Shown: piece by piece, positions 12,504 through 26,402 of the stretch
Position numbering within the stretch: the stretch's first letter is position 1
Layout: each line of letters opens with the position of its first letter
Assembly: GCA_951406725.2 (NCBI GenBank)
Contig: OX597826.1
Coordinates: forward strand, 43,834,001 to 43,898,000
Origin: Octopus vulgaris
Lineage: Eukaryota
Length of the DNA: 64,000 nt
Direction of reading: 5' to 3'
Translations under genes and position numbers: made by a program
Notes under the pieces: generated by a model
Seen by the model: the letters and a program-made list of their open reading frames with translations, nothing else
What the model was told of the DNA's origin: nothing
Database searches by the model: none

Positions 12504-12830
12504 TCAATGTATATGGCTCGTTATAGCCGGAACAGCTTTAAGATAATGAAGGTGTTTACATAACACTAGTTCTGTGGCCCTCATTCACTAATATTTTACC
12601 CTTTACTGACTTATTAGTTCATATAAGAGTCCGCTGAAGTTGGAGACGTCCAATAATGCACAGTTATTCTCAACCAAAGCTTTGTAACACAGTGAAATAT
12701 AAAGTAAATTCTAGTTAGAACGACTGGTACAGCTACAGCAAAACGAACTCATAAAACACACACTCACATGTATGTATGTATGTATGTATGTATGTATGTA
12801 TGTATGTATGTATGTATGTATGTATGTATG

Positions 12831-12864
<34 letters not shown>

Positions 12865-14202
12865 GAGCATATAGTGTAATACCAAATATTTAAATGAAGT
12901 ACATCTTCCTATTTCTGCTATTTACAGACACTTACGAGGGCATGTATACACATATGTAGATAGATATGTACTCACACAAAATCTCCGTATTTCTCCATCT
13001 TTGTTTCTGTTTGTCTGTATGTCTTCCTCTATCTTTCGCCCCCTCTCTCTCACGCTCACACATACACGTGCATACTACACACACATACACATACACATAA
13101 ATATATGCATGTATGAGTCATGCTTTATATCGTTCGTCGCCTAAAATGGCGGCCATAAAAGAGGAATAAAAATTGTACATTTGGATATCATGAACCGCAT
13201 ATAATGGAAACATCTTTAAGAGAAAAACACTATAAACCACATCAACATTTACCCCGGTTAGTATAAGAGAAAAAAGAACTACAAAACACAGAAATATTTT
13301 CCGGTTAGTAATTAAAAGACCCATATAAATGAAAATAATAAAAATAAACTAAAAAAGCAAAAAAACAAATTAAAATCTCATTTCATTTTCCTTAACACCT
13401 TAAAACGAATGCCGGCAGGAAAGGTAATATTGTTGGAAACTAGAAAAACTAAAGAACTAAATGAATAAATATATATATATATATATATAGATAAATAAAT
13501 AAAAGACTCCCAGAAAATTGATTCGTACAATGTATAATTTTTCTTGATGTTTGCTTTACCCTTAATAAGTGTATCTAATTTGTTTCAGCTAGCGACAAAG
13601 GCTTATCACATGTATATCATAATGAAATCTTCAACGCTGTTACTGGCAGTCTTAATTTCTGCTAGTTTCCTCAAGAGAATATCTGTATTCCGTTGGGTGA
13701 GGATCTCATTGAATATTCTTTATGATATCTGAGCTTCAGTTTTAATTAGTATTGAGATATAATCCAATAATTGCACATGCTAATTACTCTATCACTATAT
13801 CGAAGAGAAACTGTCAACATACTGATAAGCCCTGTCTGAATAACAAACACGTTCAATACATAACAAGTGCATCATTCTAAGTCTGTCATAGATGGGAATT
13901 GTTCTATTGTGTTTTGAAATTTTCCATTGAATCTATAGAATCATTGCAGTTTGTTTGAGGGCGGTGGATTAGCGGAAAATTGTAATGTGTCTTTGTGAGA
14001 CTTCAATATGTTTAAGCGATTGATTCAAGTTCAAATTCTAAGTAGAAAAGAACTGTGGTTGAGTGTATCTGTGAAAAGGCACTCATAATACTACATATTA
14101 TGGACAATATAATCGTTTTGTTACATACAAAAACGCATGCACACCCGCACACCCACACCTACGCACGCACACGCGCGAACTCATATTTTAATATAAATGT
14201 AT

Positions 14203-14595
14203 CATCTTTTACTTGTTTCGCTCAATAGACTGCAGCCATGCTGCGGCATAATTTTAAAGAAATTTTTAGTCGAATGAATCAACCCAAGTAGTAAGCCTGG
14301 TGCTTATTTTACCGGTTTCTTTTGCCGAACCGCTGAGTTACAGGGATGTAAGCAAACTAACACCGATTGCCAAGCGGTGGGGGGGGGGGGGCAAAACACA
14401 AACACAAAGGCAACCCCCTACACTACACACATGTATATATATATACGACGGGCTTCTTTCAATTTCCGTCTACTAGACCCACTCACAAGACTTCGGTGGG
14501 CCTGAGGCTAAAGTAGAACACACTGGCACAAGGCACCACGCAACCCGGAACTAAATGGCTGATAAGGAAACTTCTTACCACACAGACACTCCTAC
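14203..14595 (-). mobile_element. SINE group B copy (diverged)
   Basis: Reverse-complement match to 10038-10451. Confidence 0.8.
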
Positions 14596-14884
14596 ATATA
14601 TACAGGCACCGCCTTTACTGTGATTGATCATTATTTCAAATTTACTTCAGAGAACTATTTCTGGTGAAGAAACTAGCTGGACCGAGTTACTATTCTTTGT
14701 GTTTCTTGCCACAATGTGGAATCATCTTGTATTTCACATACGAATTTCTCGAAATATTATTTGAACATAGCCGCATCTTCACCTTGAGATCCATGAAGTT
14801 GTTAGGCAGAGACTAATAGATCATGGGATGGATTCTTGGACCCAGCGACACGTTATGTTCTTCATCAACACACTTCATTTCCCG

Positions 14885-15354
14885 TTGCTCTGCTATCATT
14901 TCACGTTGCTCTGCTATCCTTTCACGCTGCTCTGCTATCCTTTCAATCTGCTCTGCTATTATTTCACGTTGCTCTGCTGTCATTTCACGTTGATCTACTA
15001 TTATTCCATGTTGCTCTGCTATCCTTTCACGCTGCTCTGCTATTATTCCATGTTGCTCTGCTATCCTTTCACGTTGCTCTGCTATTATTTCACGTTGCTC
15101 TGCTGTCATTTCACGTTGATCTACTATCATTTCATGTTGCTCTGCTATTATTTCACGTTGCTCTGCTATTATTCCATGTTGCTCTGCTATCCTTTCACGT
15201 TGCTCTGCTATTATTCCATGTTGCTCTGCTGTCATTTCACGTTGATCTACTATCATTTCACGTTGCTCTGCTATTATTCCACGTTGCTCTGCTATCATTT
15301 CACGTTGCTCTGCTATCCTTTTACGTTTATCTGCTATCCTTTCATGTTGCTATC
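14885..15354. repeat. 21-bp minisatellite, ~22 units, with 126-bp higher-order period
   Basis: Unit TTGCTCTGCTATCATTTCACG. The variant pair (..TGCTGTCAT../TTGATCTAC..) recurs at units 5-6, 11-12 and 17-18. Confidence 0.95.
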
Positions 15355-15456
15355 AGTTGGATGGAGGGTTTGAGCTAATGTACAGCCATGCATTTGATTA
15401 CTATAAACAAATAATTTCTGCAGATTATTCCGCAAAACACTGAACACTCATATGAC

Positions 15457-15496
<40 letters not shown>

Positions 15497-15954
15497 GATA
15501 CATGCATATATACATATATATGTATATACATACATGGAAATATAAATATTATTAAAATAACATTTATATCCGGCAAGAATAAAGCACCAAATAGGAGAGA
15601 AATGTAGTGGATATTTCAGAATTTGGTCGTCCAAGGTGGACTCAACTGAAGTTAACCAATCGGATTTACGCTCATGCATGTGATATGAAGTGTTTGAAAA
15701 TGCAGTATTGAGTTATTCCTCTAACGGTCTCCGTAGAGGTAAGACAACATTTTCCTACATTCACCGCCCGCGCACATCTCTGCCTGTAAATATTCAGTGA
15801 AGCTCAATATAGCACCGTAAACTTTCCGGCTGCTATTTCTAGCAATGATCATACTTCGTGTACACCTCCTTTATATACATACATACGTACATACATACAT
15901 ACATACATACATACATACATACATACATACATACATACATGCATACATACATAT

Positions 15955-16059
<105 letters not shown>

Positions 16060-16096
16060 CGTCCAGTGAGTACAGTGGCTTTATCAATTAAAGAAT

Positions 16097-16280
16097 GAAG
16101 ATAGCGATCCGGTAGAATCGTTACCGCGTTGGGCAAAATATTTAACATCATTTTGTCTGTGTCTGTTCTGTGTTCAAATTCTACCCGGGTAGACGTTGCT
16201 TTTTATCTTTTCGGGAAGACAAAATAAGTAGAAGTTGAACACTGGGATCGATGTAAGCGACTTACTCCTCTCCCGAAAGT
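16097..16280 (+). mobile_element. old Meta-SINE copy
   Basis: GTAGAATCGTTACCGCG...GTTCAAATTC...CACTGGGATCGATGTAAGCGACTT. Confidence 0.6.
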
Positions 16281-16554
16281 GCGTAGTTGCCTTCATTAAG
16301 CTTACAATTGCTTCTGCTACGAGAAATATTGCACTGAGACCTGAATGCGTATTCGACATCTTATAGCATCTTTGGAGCCGTCTAAGTGCAGTTTACGTTT
16401 ATTTTGGAAAACATTTAAATACCAGACGTTATAAGCTGTTCTACAAACAAGCACTCAACTCTGAGTGTTATGGTTCTTATAACAGAAACAGCTGTTAAGT
16501 AATGGAAGTCCTATAACTCATGCTGTTTTGTCATACATCAATCTATGTACGGAT

Positions 16555-16601
16555 GCATCCATCCATTCATCCATCCGTCCGTCCGTCCGTCCGTCTGTCT
16601 A

Positions 16602-16687
<86 letters not shown>

Positions 16688-16756
16688 CATCCATCCATCC
16701 ATCCATCCACCCATCCATCCATCCACCCATCCATCCATCCATCCATCCATCCATCC

Positions 16757-16830
<74 letters not shown>

Positions 16831-16843
16831 TCTATCTATCTAT
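16555..16843. repeat. compound (CCAT)/(CTGT)/(CTAT)n microsatellite
   Basis: Direct observation. Confidence 0.95.
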
Positions 16844-17493
16844 CGAGTCGTTTGATTATATTTTCAAGTTTCTCTTGGTCTTCGCTTTGTATTAGTAGAA
16901 GAATATGTAAATACATAGAAGTAAAAACCTCTAAGCTAATGTAAGTGATTACGTAAGTCCTGTTCTCTTGTCATTCCTTCATTGATTTATACACATGTAT
17001 GTATATATGTATACGGACATGTACACACAATCACTCATACACACGCACACATATATGTTGTCACTTGATTTTATCTTCAAATGTCTCTTTGTGTTAGATC
17101 TACTTATAAGCCATTGTATTTACCATTATGCACATACATACACACACATTTATGAATATATATACAAAGGCATATACACATCTATGTATATATAGATATA
17201 TATGTATATATAAGTATATATATATATATGTGTGTGTGTATGTGTACGTTTAAGTATTTGTATGTATGCATACATGTATATAAACGTATATAAATAGGTA
17301 TGTTTGAGTATATATATATATGTATATAAATACACATATATAGTTATACACACAGACATACATTTATACATATTTACATATGTACGTACGCTTTCATGAA
17401 TGCGTCCGTACAAACGTATCTCCATAGAAACGAGCATAAAGCTATAATCATTCCAAAATAATTGAAACACGTTTGGAAATACTTTCGTCTGTT

Positions 17494-17558
<65 letters not shown>

Positions 17559-18884
17559 TTATATTTACATATGCACACACAGACAATACATATATACATA
17601 TATATATATGTGTTTATATATATATAGATAGATATATATATGTATATACATATATGTGTGTGTTCATATATACACACATGTATATAAATAAACATATATG
17701 TATACGTTCATACATACACACAAAAGATGCATCCATGCATACATTCATACATGCACAAAACACAGACACGGGCACACAGACAGACAGATGGACACACATA
17801 CCCCTCACACACACACACACATGCATTCGTACGCTGAAAAACAAAAGGATGCATCCATTTATGAATTCATACAAACATGTAACTGCATGCATACATTCGT
17901 TCATTTATACATATTCGTACACATATGCATACATACATACATACATTCGGGCATGCCTACATACATTTACACATACATACGCACATACGTGTATACATAC
18001 AAATATCCATACATATAAGTACATACGCGCATACACAGATATACATATATGCGTATATATTTATATGAGCGTATGTGTGTGTACATATGACAGTATTCTA
18101 AAGAACACTAAATCTTTGTTGAACAACTGTACAGCAACGTAAATAAACGTATGTGTTTGTGCGCGCGTATGTGTGCGTGAGAGAAAGAGATAGTGAGAGA
18201 GGAAGGAGAGAGAGAGAGAGTGAGAGAATAAGTGAGAGTTTGAGAGTGTGAGAGAGAACAAGCAGGATGGAATGAGTGGGAGAGAGCGAGAGAGAGACAA
18301 AAAAAGCTGAAGTTATTGATTATAGTTTGTAGTTAACTGATGTTAGTCAGTCTGAATGCTACCAAAGCGTATATGTAAGAAGCATTACGAGAGTTGACTG
18401 CAGCGTTGTCAAAAGATCTCACTTTCTCTGTCACCTAATGCAAAGCGTCCCAAGGTTAAATGGTGCAATCTATTCATGCAGAAAGAAATGGTGGGAAGGC
18501 AATACTTTCTTTTATTGTTCCTGCCAAGTAAAAGAACAATAGTCAATAGACTTTTATTATAGAAACGATTTTACCAAACAGGCAACGTTTACTCATTCGG
18601 ACATCAAATAATGCATTCTAATATTCATCGCACAAAGAAACATCTTTTTCGATATTTTCTTTTTATTTACTTATTCTTTTTTGGTTTTTGACGAATTTAC
18701 TTTCCGTCTATAACTCCATTTTCGTATAGATTTATTGAGAAAAAAAAATATTGTTTATTGAAATTATACAAAAGAGAATGAAGATAAAGCTGCTTGCTAA
18801 GGTAGAAATCTTTTTGTTTATAAACTAAAGACCTAAATTTCTTTTGAACTGCGCGAATAGTTTTGGGTAGGCTGTGCATGTTTA

Positions 18885-18978
<94 letters not shown>

Positions 18979-18981
<3 letters not shown>

Positions 18982-19373
18982 TTATATATAAAAGTAAGGT
19001 TGTGTGTCTGTCTCCTACGATTTAGATTCCTAACTACTCCCACATTTTGCGGTGCAGTTTAACCAAAACCGGGTATCTTATAGTCGTGATTCATATCGAG
19101 CCCTTCTGGGTATTAGCGCGCATCTACGATGAGTCTACGATTTAAAAAAAAATTACCATCATTTTTTTCCATTTTAATGCATTTTTTCCCTATTATATAA
19201 GGGAAGTAACTCTCTAAAAATGTCTACGATGAGTCAACGATTTAAAAAAAAGTTACAATCCTTTTTTTTCCATTTTTAATGCATTTTTTGCACTTTTTTG
19301 GCTATAACTCTCTAAAAATGCTTATATAGTTATTTCCCTTACAAACCCGAGCAACGCCGGGCGATACTGCTAG
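18979..19373 (+). mobile_element. non-autonomous Helitron
   Basis: A|TC 5' end, subterminal hairpin CCCGAGCAACGCCGGG, CTAG|T 3' end, no TSD. A second copy lies at 34086-34599. Confidence 0.85.
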
Positions 19374-19440
19374 TATATATATATATATGTTTACGTGAAC
19401 ATACAGATCACCAATACATACATACATACATACATACATA

Positions 19441-19499
<59 letters not shown>

Positions 19500-19507
19500 T
19501 ATATATA

Positions 19508-19760
19508 TTTGTTCCTTCTCGAGCCATGCCTGGCTCATTAGGGCTGGTTTCCCGGCGTATAGGTTTCCCACCTGGACGGGACGCCGGTCCGTCGCATGTG
19601 AGCTGCAAGATGCAGGAGGAAAGGGTGTTGAGAAAGCTGTGGCGAAAGAGTCAGCAGAAGTTCGCCATTACTTTACACACACATCGCCTGGTCTGTGATT
19701 CGAACCCGCGATCCTTCGACCGCGAGTCCCCTGCTCTAACCACTAGGCCATGTGCCTCCA
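19508..19760 (-). mobile_element. tRNA-derived SINE group A (body 3 + tail 2 variant)
   Basis: TGGCCTAGTGGTTAGAGC and GGTTCGAATC boxes; matches 26746-27022. Confidence 0.85.
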
Positions 19761-20465
19761 TACACACACACACACACACACACATCTATGTTGTGTATGT
19801 GTACTGCAAAGAACAAAGTAACACGCCACTACAAAATATAATATCGATATAAAAATGAATGTTGATAAGTAGTTACAGATATGCTTGAATGATTTTACTG
19901 CATATTGATCCAATGCTGCCATTACTATCGGTCTAATTACTACCAATGTTCGATCTAGGACGTCCCCGTCCGTTTAGTTAATATTTGTATGGATCGACAT
20001 TTGTGAAGCTATCGCGGAACACAGTTGGACAGGATGTTTATTAGCTAAAGTCAATAACTGCGAATAGACATGCAACATCATGTGCGATGATGAGTCAGCA
20101 ATGATTTCGTGGATGGAAGCTCGGGTCGTTTGTAATAACTTGTGTAAATTCAATTAATTGCATGAAGTAAAAATAAAAAAAAATAAAAATAGAAGAAAAT
20201 AGATGAATAAAAAGAAAAGCAAAAGTACTAATCAAAATATTGTTCTTAGATGCTCTCCTTCTCATATACAAACATAGGCCAATATTTAATACAGTGTTTC
20301 TTCAGAGACAAGTGTATCGAAAAGGAATGTAAAAGGAATGTTAATATTCTGCGTTGAGCAATCTTTCAGATCATACACATACACACTTATCCAAATGTAT
20401 GCATACACGTATGTATATGATTATGCATGCATAGAAAAGTATCTATGTTAATACATATGCATTCA

Positions 20466-20551
<86 letters not shown>

Positions 20552-20655
20552 GCTGTCTGTCTGTCTGTTTGTCCGTCTGTCTTTCTGTCTTAATACACAC
20601 ACAGATATACATATACATATACATACATACATGTATATATGTATGTAGGTAAGTA

Positions 20656-20742
<87 letters not shown>

Positions 20743-20744
<2 letters not shown>

Positions 20745-20900
20745 GGGGAGTATTCACGAAAAAAAAAACAAAAGACGAAGACAGGTGGTGTAGAAAACAA
20801 ACAGATGTATTAGTATAACTCTCGGGAATCGAAAAAGTCTTTAACGTTTCGAGCCTACGTTCTTGCACAGAAAAGAACACAGAAAGAAACAAGGTGAGAA
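20743..20900 (-). mobile_element. Penelope-like terminal-repeat remnant with hammerhead-like motif
   Basis: Same family as 21556-21760 and 52969-53110; flanked by microsatellites. Confidence 0.6.
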
Positions 20901-21012
20901 TATATATATATCTATCAGAGGAAAGTGGCGACAATAATCAAGGCAGGACAAGTACCTCAAGTAATTTAGGATAAAGTGAGTTTGAAGTAATTAATTAATT
21001 AATCATTGGGTG

Positions 21013-21086
21013 TCTTACAGCTGTTTCTTGGATATCCCATGTGGTAGTTTAGCATCTCTATGCACTGGATATTCCATCATCAGAGA
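21013..21086 (-). ncRNA. minimal type I hammerhead ribozyme motif
   Basis: Minus strand tct-CTGATGA-tggaatatcc..ggatatcca-a-GAAA-cagctg-TA-aga. Intact core, 9-bp stem II, palindromic stem III, GUA site. Confidence 0.75.
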
Positions 21087-21491
21087 AAGGTACATATGTA
21101 TGAAAGTTTTAGACAGGAAATACCCAGTTTATAAAGGAATAAAATAGTTGATATAGAAGAATAAAGAGTAAAACAGTAGATAGAGGAATACAGGCAGGAG
21201 AATAAAGCTTACAGCTCATCTTCTTCCAGCGGGTATGGAGTTTGGATAGATTAATCTATTCCTTCAACATGAACGCAACATTCAAAATACCGCCAAAATT
21301 CTGTCTGGATTTACCTGGAATTATATTGAAGGACCTTTACCTTCGCAGAAGTGCGGAAACTCCTACTTATTCCGTCGAGGGTGTATATGCTCTACTATTA
21401 GACTATTTACTTTATTCAATGTACGGTGATCGCTTATAAACTTTAACCTTATGATATATTATTATTATTTACACACCACACATACACACAT

Positions 21492-21555
<64 letters not shown>

Positions 21556-21558
<3 letters not shown>

Positions 21559-21756
21559 CCGTGGTAGATCGCTAGCCACTACACGTTCTTTATTTTCTCC
21601 CCTTGCTTCTTTCTGTGTTCCTTTCTGTGGAAGAGCGTGGGCTCGAAACGTTAAATACTTTATCACTTCCCGAGCCTTAAACTAATACATCTGTTTGTTG
21701 TCTACACCACCAGTCTTCGTCTTTTGGTCTTTTTTTTTTTTGTTTTTGTGAATTCT

Positions 21757-21760
<4 letters not shown>
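21556..21760 (+). mobile_element. Penelope-like terminal-repeat remnant with hammerhead-like motif
   Basis: ttt-CTGTGGA-A-GAGC-gtgg-GCTC-GAAA-CG-TTA-aat at 21622-21656. Ends GAATTCTCCCT + (TA)n. Confidence 0.65.
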
Positions 21761-21817
<57 letters not shown>

Positions 21818-21865
21818 TTCAACTTGAGATGGTTGTCTTGCTATCCTTATAAATTTGTGCGCGTG

Positions 21866-21932
<67 letters not shown>

Positions 21933-23092
21933 CGAGGCGGGAAATTTTATGTGATTCGATTTCATTTTGCTCTTCCTCAGTGATAGATAATCGCCTGCTA
22001 CACATAGAAGTAGTTCACCCCCAGTTTGCGATATATAAATAATCAGTGTCGTAATCATTTTGCAATTAGCAAACTAGCCCGTTAAGAAAATCTCTATTAG
22101 AGACGAATCCTTCACTCGGTGATGAATGATGGATTGTTACTTCTAGAGGAAATGTTTATATAAAATTATTTATGCACACACTATATTCGTAAAGTAAGTG
22201 AATGTTATGATCATTCTAGTGAAATTTATACACACATGCCTGCATTGACAGCATTCATGAAAAATCACCGGACTGTAACGTCAGCAACCGAAAATTCGAG
22301 TCAAATCAAAGAGCATCTCTCTATTTGCGAAATCTATACATTCATTCTTCTAAAGATAGACGTAAATCTTCTTAATCTGTTAAATAATGGTTTTACGGTG
22401 ATTTCTTCACAACAAACAGTCAGAGTTTCATAAACGTTAATTTTCATACAAAATAATGTGTAAATATTTAATTAAATAAGTAATTAATTTTCCAAATAAA
22501 TTTATAAAAACAATCATTACGGATTATAATTTATGGGATTTTCTGTCTTATAGTCATCAGTGGAAAATATTTTTGCACTGAATATTGCTTAAGATAAATT
22601 ATGGTTTGATTATTCTGCTGAAAGTATTGAAGAATATAAAGTCACAAAAGCCGAATAATCCAGAATATAGTTTATTATATTCATTATCTGCAGTGAAAGA
22701 AGATTTTTAAAGAACAATTAAAGAGAGAATGTTCGCATGGGGGAATTTCAGAAAGTTCGTGTATTGAAAGTGAAGGATTTGAAGTGCTTAAAGTCAAGTA
22801 TATCAAAGTCAGAATTATCATGAGATAAAGGGACGACTTTGGACAGATGCGGATGCAGGTCAGTGGTGAATTGAAGTAGTAAAGCTTTCAGCTGGTTAAT
22901 TTAATATTTCAGTAATTTCTATTGTTGGGAAGTTAAACAAAAACAACGACAATAATAAAGATGACAATTATGGCCGAGTGTTATAGATATACCGACACTG
23001 TTCTCTCGCCGATTTGTAAACTTTACTAGGAACTTCAAAAGACGTTAAGCTGAGGGTTAAAACTACAGTAGGATCAGCAGTAGCAGTAATAT

Positions 23093-23146
<54 letters not shown>

Positions 23147-24127
23147 CAGCGTCAACAGCAGCATCAGCAGCCGTTCAAGAATTTGGACCTGGAGATCTCC
23201 ATTTCCAGCGACTTCGAGGGCCACCTCCCAGTGGTGTCGGGCGTAAACGAAAAGCCCTCGACTACAAAACGACCAAAGTTTTTTTTCCAAGGTCTGAGGT
23301 CTCCAGCCCCTAAGCCTTAGACCATCACCTAATCCCCCTTACCCGTCTTGTTGCTTAACAACAACAACAGCAGCGGCATCATCATCATCATCATCGTCAT
23401 CATCACCATCATCACCATCATCACCATCATCATCATCATCAGTAGTAGTAGTAATAGTAGTAGCAGCAGCTACAACTACATCTACAACAACGATAAGAGC
23501 AACTACAATTTTACTTTTTGTATCAACAATGTACAATGCTTGGAATTTTTCGTTGACAAATCTCCTTTGCAATGGTTCGCTATTGTTCATGTAGCGAGAC
23601 AAAGAGAAAAATAGGGAAGAGAAAGCGAAAGACAAAAATAAAAGCTAGACAAGGTTATATATAATATAATTAAAACGTATATATATATATATATATATGC
23701 ATACATATATGTACATACATAAACATATATGTGTATATATATGCATATATTCAGGACGTCACAAAACGTAAAAAGCATGAAATACGAAAACAACGTGAAA
23801 TACGAAGACAAACTTGTGTATGCGAACAGCGAGAGAAACAAACAGAAAACAAGACAAGTAACATAAAAAACGACCCTTCATCGGTTGTTGGTTGTCCATC
23901 TACTCCTCATTTCGAGTAATTAACGACAATACGAGGCTTCATAAGGCAGTTGCTCTCGCAAAGAAAAATAAATATGGGATTTGCGGAGGGTCAAAGTTGG
24001 TAACATATATTCATACATACATATATATAAAGGAGCGTGTATGTGCATGCGTATACATTTATATATCTATATGTATGTATGTATGCATGTATGTATGTAT
24101 GTATGTATGTACGTACGTACGTATGTA

Positions 24128-24234
<107 letters not shown>

Positions 24235-24246
24235 ATATATATATAG

Positions 24247-24467
24247 TTTATTTTAAGCAGCAGAAAATTCAACAAAATCTGTTACTCTGAGTTTCTTGTT
24301 GCCGTTCATCAGACATTCTAGCAAAAACTGTCTGATGAACGGCAACGAGAAACTCAGAGTAACAGATTTTGTTGAATTTTCTGCTGCTTAAAATAAAGCA
24401 TATTACTCTACCACTGGTATTTGAGTACTCTTTTTTCCACCTTGTTTCACATTTATGTGTTTACTCC

Positions 24468-24470
<3 letters not shown>
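24247..24470 (+). mobile_element. Penelope-like remnant: 69-bp-arm palindrome containing a hammerhead motif
   Basis: Arms 24247-24315 and 24329-24397 with a 13-nt loop. ctgt-CTGATGA-acggcaacga-GAAA-ctcagag-TA-acag at 24328-24365. Confidence 0.7.
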
Positions 24471-24528
<58 letters not shown>

Positions 24529-25088
24529 GCGCGCACACATGTATGTATGAACACATACACACATGCACGTTCATATGATTCTAAAGATATCATACGATTA
24601 TTATTTGATGAGCCAGAACAAAAGAAAAACCAAAAAAATTTTGCCTCAAAATTGTTGGGTGATGAGCAACAACCGGAAAAAAAAAAGCCTAATTAAGAGA
24701 GAGAAAACCTTTTACTGAAAGCTGGGCGTGAAACTTAACGTCAACATATACACGTAGCATAGAGGACGAAAGAACACGATACACACACGCGCGCAGACAG
24801 AAACACAGTGATGACAGACTTACTGCAGCGAATGTATTTTCAGATAGCATAAATATATATGCTCCGCACGGTCTATGAGAGTCTGTTAAACGCAAGTATA
24901 ACCTTCGTTGTTTTACGTTATTATTTGTTTTAAAATGCAGTAGAAGTGGGTAGATATAGTTTTACTATAGAACGCATTAACTGGCTTTTAAAAAGAACTT
25001 TTACATTAAGAAAAGATAATAAATGAATACGATTTCGCATGACTGACTGAAATCTACCAGATTAGAACTAAGTGTTGAAACGACCCTC

Positions 25089-25322
25089 TCTTTTACTCTT
25101 TTACTCTTTACTCTTTTACTTGTTTCAGTCATTTGACTGCGGCCATGCTGGAGCACCGCCTTTAATCGAGCAAACTCGACCCCGGAACTTATCCTTTTGT
25201 AAGCCCAGTACTTATTATATCGGTCTCTTTTGCCGAACCGCTAAGTAACGGGGACATAAACACACCAACATCGGTTGTCAAGCAATGCTAGGGGAACAAA
25301 CACAGACACACAAACACATACA

Positions 25323-25358
<36 letters not shown>

Positions 25359-25523
25359 TATATACGACGGGATTCTTTCAGCTTCCGCCTACCAAATCCA
25401 CTCAAGGCTTTGGTCGGCACGAGGCTATAGGAGAAGATACCTGCCCAAGGTGCCACGCAGTGGGACTGAACCCGGAACCATGTGGGTGGTAAACAAGCTA
25501 CTTACCACACAGCTACTCCTGCG
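25089..25523 (-). mobile_element. SINE group B copy
   Basis: Near full-length reverse-complement match to 10038-10451. Confidence 0.9.
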
Positions 25524-25671
25524 ACCAGTTGCAAAATATGAAAAACTTTGCCCCCTCCCTCCCACCCCACAAATCCTCGCACACATACATATAGACACAA
25601 ACCATGCAAACATCTACACACGTATGCGTGTGCTCTCTCTCTCCCTCTCTCTCTCTCTATAAATATATATA

Positions 25672-26214
25672 CATAGGTTGAGATGGGTAAATTGTCGCCA
25701 TTTCGTATTTTTGATTTCGTGCGTGCGCATGGCTTATTTTTGATTTTGTCGACTACACCGTATGGTGGGGTTTAGTTGGTCACTGTCTTTGACAAAAACA
25801 GTACCATGACGTAATTCACTGTGCCAGAAATTTGAAAACGACATGTTGTGTTGCTTGGCATTCGCACCGGAAGCTCGAATAAGACCAATATGACTGTTTA
25901 GGTATCAATCTGAGGACAGTGCATTCTGAGGACATGTACCGAGAGTGATAAAAATCAAACATCCAATCAACATCATGGTCTTTGGAGTGATCACTTGTGA
26001 TGGCGACATTATGCCTTCTTCATCTCCCCACACGGCCTCACACTTAACGAAGAGGCCTACATCAAGTGCTAGGAGAAGGTAGTGCTGCCCTAGGTCAAGA
26101 GGGTCGCTGCTAGAAGACCCTATGTCTGGCAGCAGAACTCTGCACCATGCCACGTAGGAGAACTCAGTCGTGGCTGTCAGAAAATTTCATGCGACCACAT
26201 CACCCCTAACATCT
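25672..26214 (+). pseudogene. maT/DD37D-like (Tc1/mariner superfamily) transposase remnant
   Basis: VPRVIKIKHPINIMVFGVITCDGDIMP..., YVWQQNSAPCH and TQSWLSENF motifs, with stops and an internal deletion. Confidence 0.75.
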
Positions 26215-26311
26215 ATATATATATGTCTCCTGGGACTGAGTTACTGCAACATTCGTCCTAAAACAGGACTGCCATGTTTTGTTGGCAAATAATCTTTACT
26301 CTCTCTCCCCT

Positions 26312-26387
<76 letters not shown>

Positions 26388-26402
26388 TATATATATTAAT
26401 AT

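Noticed and set aside
12510-12545. GGCT..AGCC-GGAA-CAGCTTTA partial hammerhead half
   Set aside because: The CUGANGA half is missing, so it was not counted.
14885-15354. Possible CRISPR-like array
   Set aside because: The units are contiguous with no unique spacers, there are no cas genes, and the context is eukaryotic.
23165-23345. GC-richer island between triplet arrays, faintly like a Dong C-terminus (also 58420-58600)
   Set aside because: The similarity is too weak to call without an HMM search.
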